Virus record (IMG/VR): IMGVR_UViG_3300020438_000001
Location: 1 to 64,000 of that record
Reading direction: 5' to 3' (one strand)
Length of the DNA stretch: 64,000 bases
DNA from: a virus
Shown: positions 61,925-64,000 of the stretch, one piece after another
How the letters are laid out: every line of letters starts with the position of its first letter
How positions within the stretch are numbered: the first letter of the stretch is position 1
Program-made: the position numbers and the translations under genes
The notes under the pieces: generated by a model
What the model saw: only the letters and a program-made list of their open reading frames with translations
What the model was told of the DNA's origin: nothing
The model's database searches: none

Positions 61925-62911
61925 TTACAGTGCTACGTTAGCAAAATTACCTGGGCATGAAGCCATCCAAGGATTAATTTCTGCTTCGAAAGCTGCCTGA
62001 TCTCCTGCTGCTACTGGCATAGCTACTAATGTCATCTCTGGACTTAAACCATCTTTGTTAAGATTAGCTGTTGCATGTCTGTCAGAGTGTTGTATAGCAT
62101 ATATGTCATAAGTAGTCGCTGATACAGCATATACAGGGTAAGAAGGTACTGGGAACTTCATTAAGTTGTTCACACCATCATATCCTAAAGCTGCTCTTTC
62201 TAAATCAGAAACGTGAGCGTATGTACCAGATCCGTAACCTGGAAGAGCTACTGATGTAAAAGTAGTAACACCACCATCAGAGAATCCACCGTCCATTACA
62301 GTTTTAAATGATACTTGCTCATAACCATCAATAACTTTGTAAGCTTGAGCTAAAGCTGTAATAGTTACACCATAAGATGTACCTAAACCTAACGCAGCCG
62401 TTGCAGTTACTAATGTACTAGCTACATCATCAGCATTAATTGCTGCAGCAAAAGCCGTTGCAATTTCTAGCTCAGTAGCTGTAGCATCTGAAGTATAGTA
62501 GAAACGTCTTACTAATTGTCTTTCTGAACCTATAACTTTATCATATGTAAATATTAATGATAATCTGTATTCTGTTGAATTTACTAAGTTGATGTTACCT
62601 GCTCCACCTGGAGTAGCTCCTACTTCAACTGACTGTTGTACAGCAGCTGCAAAAGAAGTTCCGCCCCACTTAGTTACTTGTGCTCCTTGGATTTTAGCTG
62701 AGAAACGTGGAGCTACTCTCACACCATTCTCAAATACTCCTTGAACAACATAGCAGTATTCACTATTCGCGATAGTATCACCTGCATTCATGATAGTCAT
62801 GTCGTTTTTTACAACAGCTATCTCCCCATCAGCTAATGTAGCTACAGTTAACGCTGCAGTTCTTGCTACATCTTTTCCGATTAGGATTTTATAATTTTCA
62901 TGTCTTGCCAT
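61925..62911 (-). CDS. Putative major capsid protein
   Basis: 328 aa and rich in Ala, Gly, Thr and Val. It is placed at the head of the structural operon and followed by a small partner gene and a terminator. No diagnostic motif can be read by eye. Confidence 0.5.
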   Translation of the reverse strand: MARHENYKILIGKDVARTAALTVATLADGEIAVVKNDMTIMNAGDTIANSEYCYVVQGVFENGVRVAPRFSAKIQGAQVTKWGGTSFAAAVQQSVEVGATPGGAGNINLVNSTEYRLSLIFTYDKVIGSERQLVRRFYYTSDATATELEIATAFAAAINADDVASTLVTATAALGLGTSYGVTITALAQAYKVIDGYEQVSFKTVMDGGFSDGGVTTFTSVALPGYGSGTYAHVSDLERAALGYDGVNNLMKFPVPSYPVYAVSATTYDIYAIQHSDRHATANLNKDGLSPEMTLVAMPVAAGDQAAFEAEINPWMASCPGNFANVAL

Positions 62912-62945
62912 TACTTTATTATTTTATAATTAATTATTTATTTTA

Positions 62946-63647
62946 CTATTCTTGTGACATTTCTGAAACAATATGAGTCTGGAACCTTGGGCTAGCTATA
63001 TTCTCTAAAGCCATTGTTACAGCGCCCGCCACTATCTCGGCATGCGTGTGTTCGGCTAATTCGCAGGAAACACCTGGTGTATTTAATATATCTAACCTAA
63101 CTGGTTGTCTCACATATCTCAAAAAGTATCGGTTTATTGTAAAATTTCCGTCAGTAAGTAACTCAGCAAATCGACCATGCATTAATCTTAAAACCACATC
63201 CTTAGTAGGCTGGTTAAAAGGATCATCTACAAGTTTATTATAGTCGTCGTGCTGTATAGCATAGACCCCATTTCTCTCATCTACCCAACTGCCATTGCAG
63301 TTTTCATAACGAATTTCGCATTCTTCGTTAATGGCGAACCAATAAATGTCCGTACCCAATGTGCCATCAGGTAATTCAAAAAGAATACCATTAGGTTTAG
63401 TTGGGGTTTGCGTTGCAGATGGAATTAATGTTACCTCTGTTACTACTTTTCTCAAATCATCCGTTCTCTTCTGAGTTAACTCAAAAGTTTCATTTTTCGG
63501 ATCATGTGAATAACGTTGTTTCACAAAACGATCCTGTGACCTATTAAGCCACAAATCGATTTCTTCAGGTTCAAAATTGGGGTAGTTAAGACTATCAGTC
63601 TTATCTAACCCCACTTTGAATTCTATATGCATTTCTGCTAATGTCAT
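62946..63647 (-). CDS. Hypothetical head-module protein
   Basis: 233-aa ORF with a 1-nt overlap to the upstream gene. Confidence 0.6.
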   Translation of the reverse strand: MTLAEMHIEFKVGLDKTDSLNYPNFEPEEIDLWLNRSQDRFVKQRYSHDPKNETFELTQKRTDDLRKVVTEVTLIPSATQTPTKPNGILFELPDGTLGTDIYWFAINEECEIRYENCNGSWVDERNGVYAIQHDDYNKLVDDPFNQPTKDVVLRLMHGRFAELLTDGNFTINRYFLRYVRQPVRLDILNTPGVSCELAEHTHAEIVAGAVTMALENIASPRFQTHIVSEMSQE

Positions 63648-63979
63648 TATTTTTTACTTGCTTTAAGTTTAGACTTTAACGATAATACAATGTCCTGATT
63701 TTTTGGATCTTTTAGGTATAAACACGCAGCCTCTAAGTCGTGGCCTATCGCACTATCACCAAACATATAATGTCCGCCTCTAATACGTAATGCATTTATA
63801 GCTACTAGATCTTCAATTAGTACTCTTATTTTAAAGTCAGGCATAGCCATAGTCTCATTAAATAGTGCTGGATCCTTATCTAAAATATCTGCAAGTGTAT
63901 TTTCAATTAATGTATCAGAAGCATTAGCTGCTTTTTTACCCATTAATTTTAATACATTTCGCATTTCAGCTGAGGTCAT
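63647..63979 (-). CDS. Hypothetical head-module protein
   Basis: 110-aa ORF in the operon context. Confidence 0.55.
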   Translation of the reverse strand: MTSAEMRNVLKLMGKKAANASDTLIENTLADILDKDPALFNETMAMPDFKIRVLIEDLVAINALRIRGGHYMFGDSAIGHDLEAACLYLKDPKNQDIVLSLKSKLKASKK

Positions 63980-64000
63980 ACTATTAAATTGTTTATATGC

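Noticed and set aside
1-64000. Search for CRISPR arrays, rRNA, integrase/transposase genes, terminal repeats or prophage attachment sites.
   Set aside because: No spaced direct-repeat array, no recombinase motifs in any sizeable ORF and no long DNA-level repeats were noticed. The window appears to be entirely internal to a lytic-type phage genome.

Overview
This window is a tightly packed, AT-rich dsDNA phage segment. It is organised as two convergent arms that meet at about 13.85 kb.

The plus arm (1-13859) carries replication, recombination and early genes:
- the 3' part of a family A DNA polymerase and an SF2 helicase
- an SPL-family radical SAM enzyme
- a DnaB-like helicase, a Sak4-like ATPase, an SSB-like protein and a primase-like Toprim protein
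- an rIIA-like GHKL ATPase with an rIIB-like partner
- a RusA resolvase and a RecB-family PD-(D/E)XK exonuclease

The minus arm (13848-63979) is a virion module. It is transcribed from putative capsid genes (about 61.5-63.9 kb), through Cys-rich fibre/adhesin genes, into a run of giant genes. Five ORFs of 1105, 1131, 1835, 3677 and 5520 aa occupy 39,819 nt, about 62 percent of the window. Many neighbouring minus-strand genes overlap by a single nucleotide (TAATG/TGATG at 43095, 46505, 47062, 48055, 48210, 59915, 63647).

Headline observations:
1. The 5520-aa ORF contains a collinear four-motif match to the catalytic double-psi beta-barrel of multisubunit RNA polymerase beta-prime, ending in GSDFDIDKMYLMFP. 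About 1000 aa further on it has a RecB-type PD-(D/E)XK nuclease domain. It therefore looks like a virion-delivered polyvalent protein carrying a crAss-type two-barrel RNAP.
2. The 3677-aa ORF is a mosaic. It combines two apparently novel Cys-repeat families, a large internal duplication, a complete metzincin protease signature (HELGHAFGLGHD plus an ALMGP Met-turn) and a possible vWA-like C-terminus.
3. A 200-nt GC-enriched, hairpin-dense non-coding island lies at 1925-2127.

Genes lack Shine-Dalgarno sequences and a few are preceded by TAnnTTTG boxes. By inference this suggests a Bacteroidota (Flavobacteriia-like) host.

I recognised no rRNA, tRNA, CRISPR array, integrase, transposase, terminase or portal gene inside the window. 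All functional calls come from reading motifs by eye in the supplied translations and DNA. None was verified by a database or structure search.
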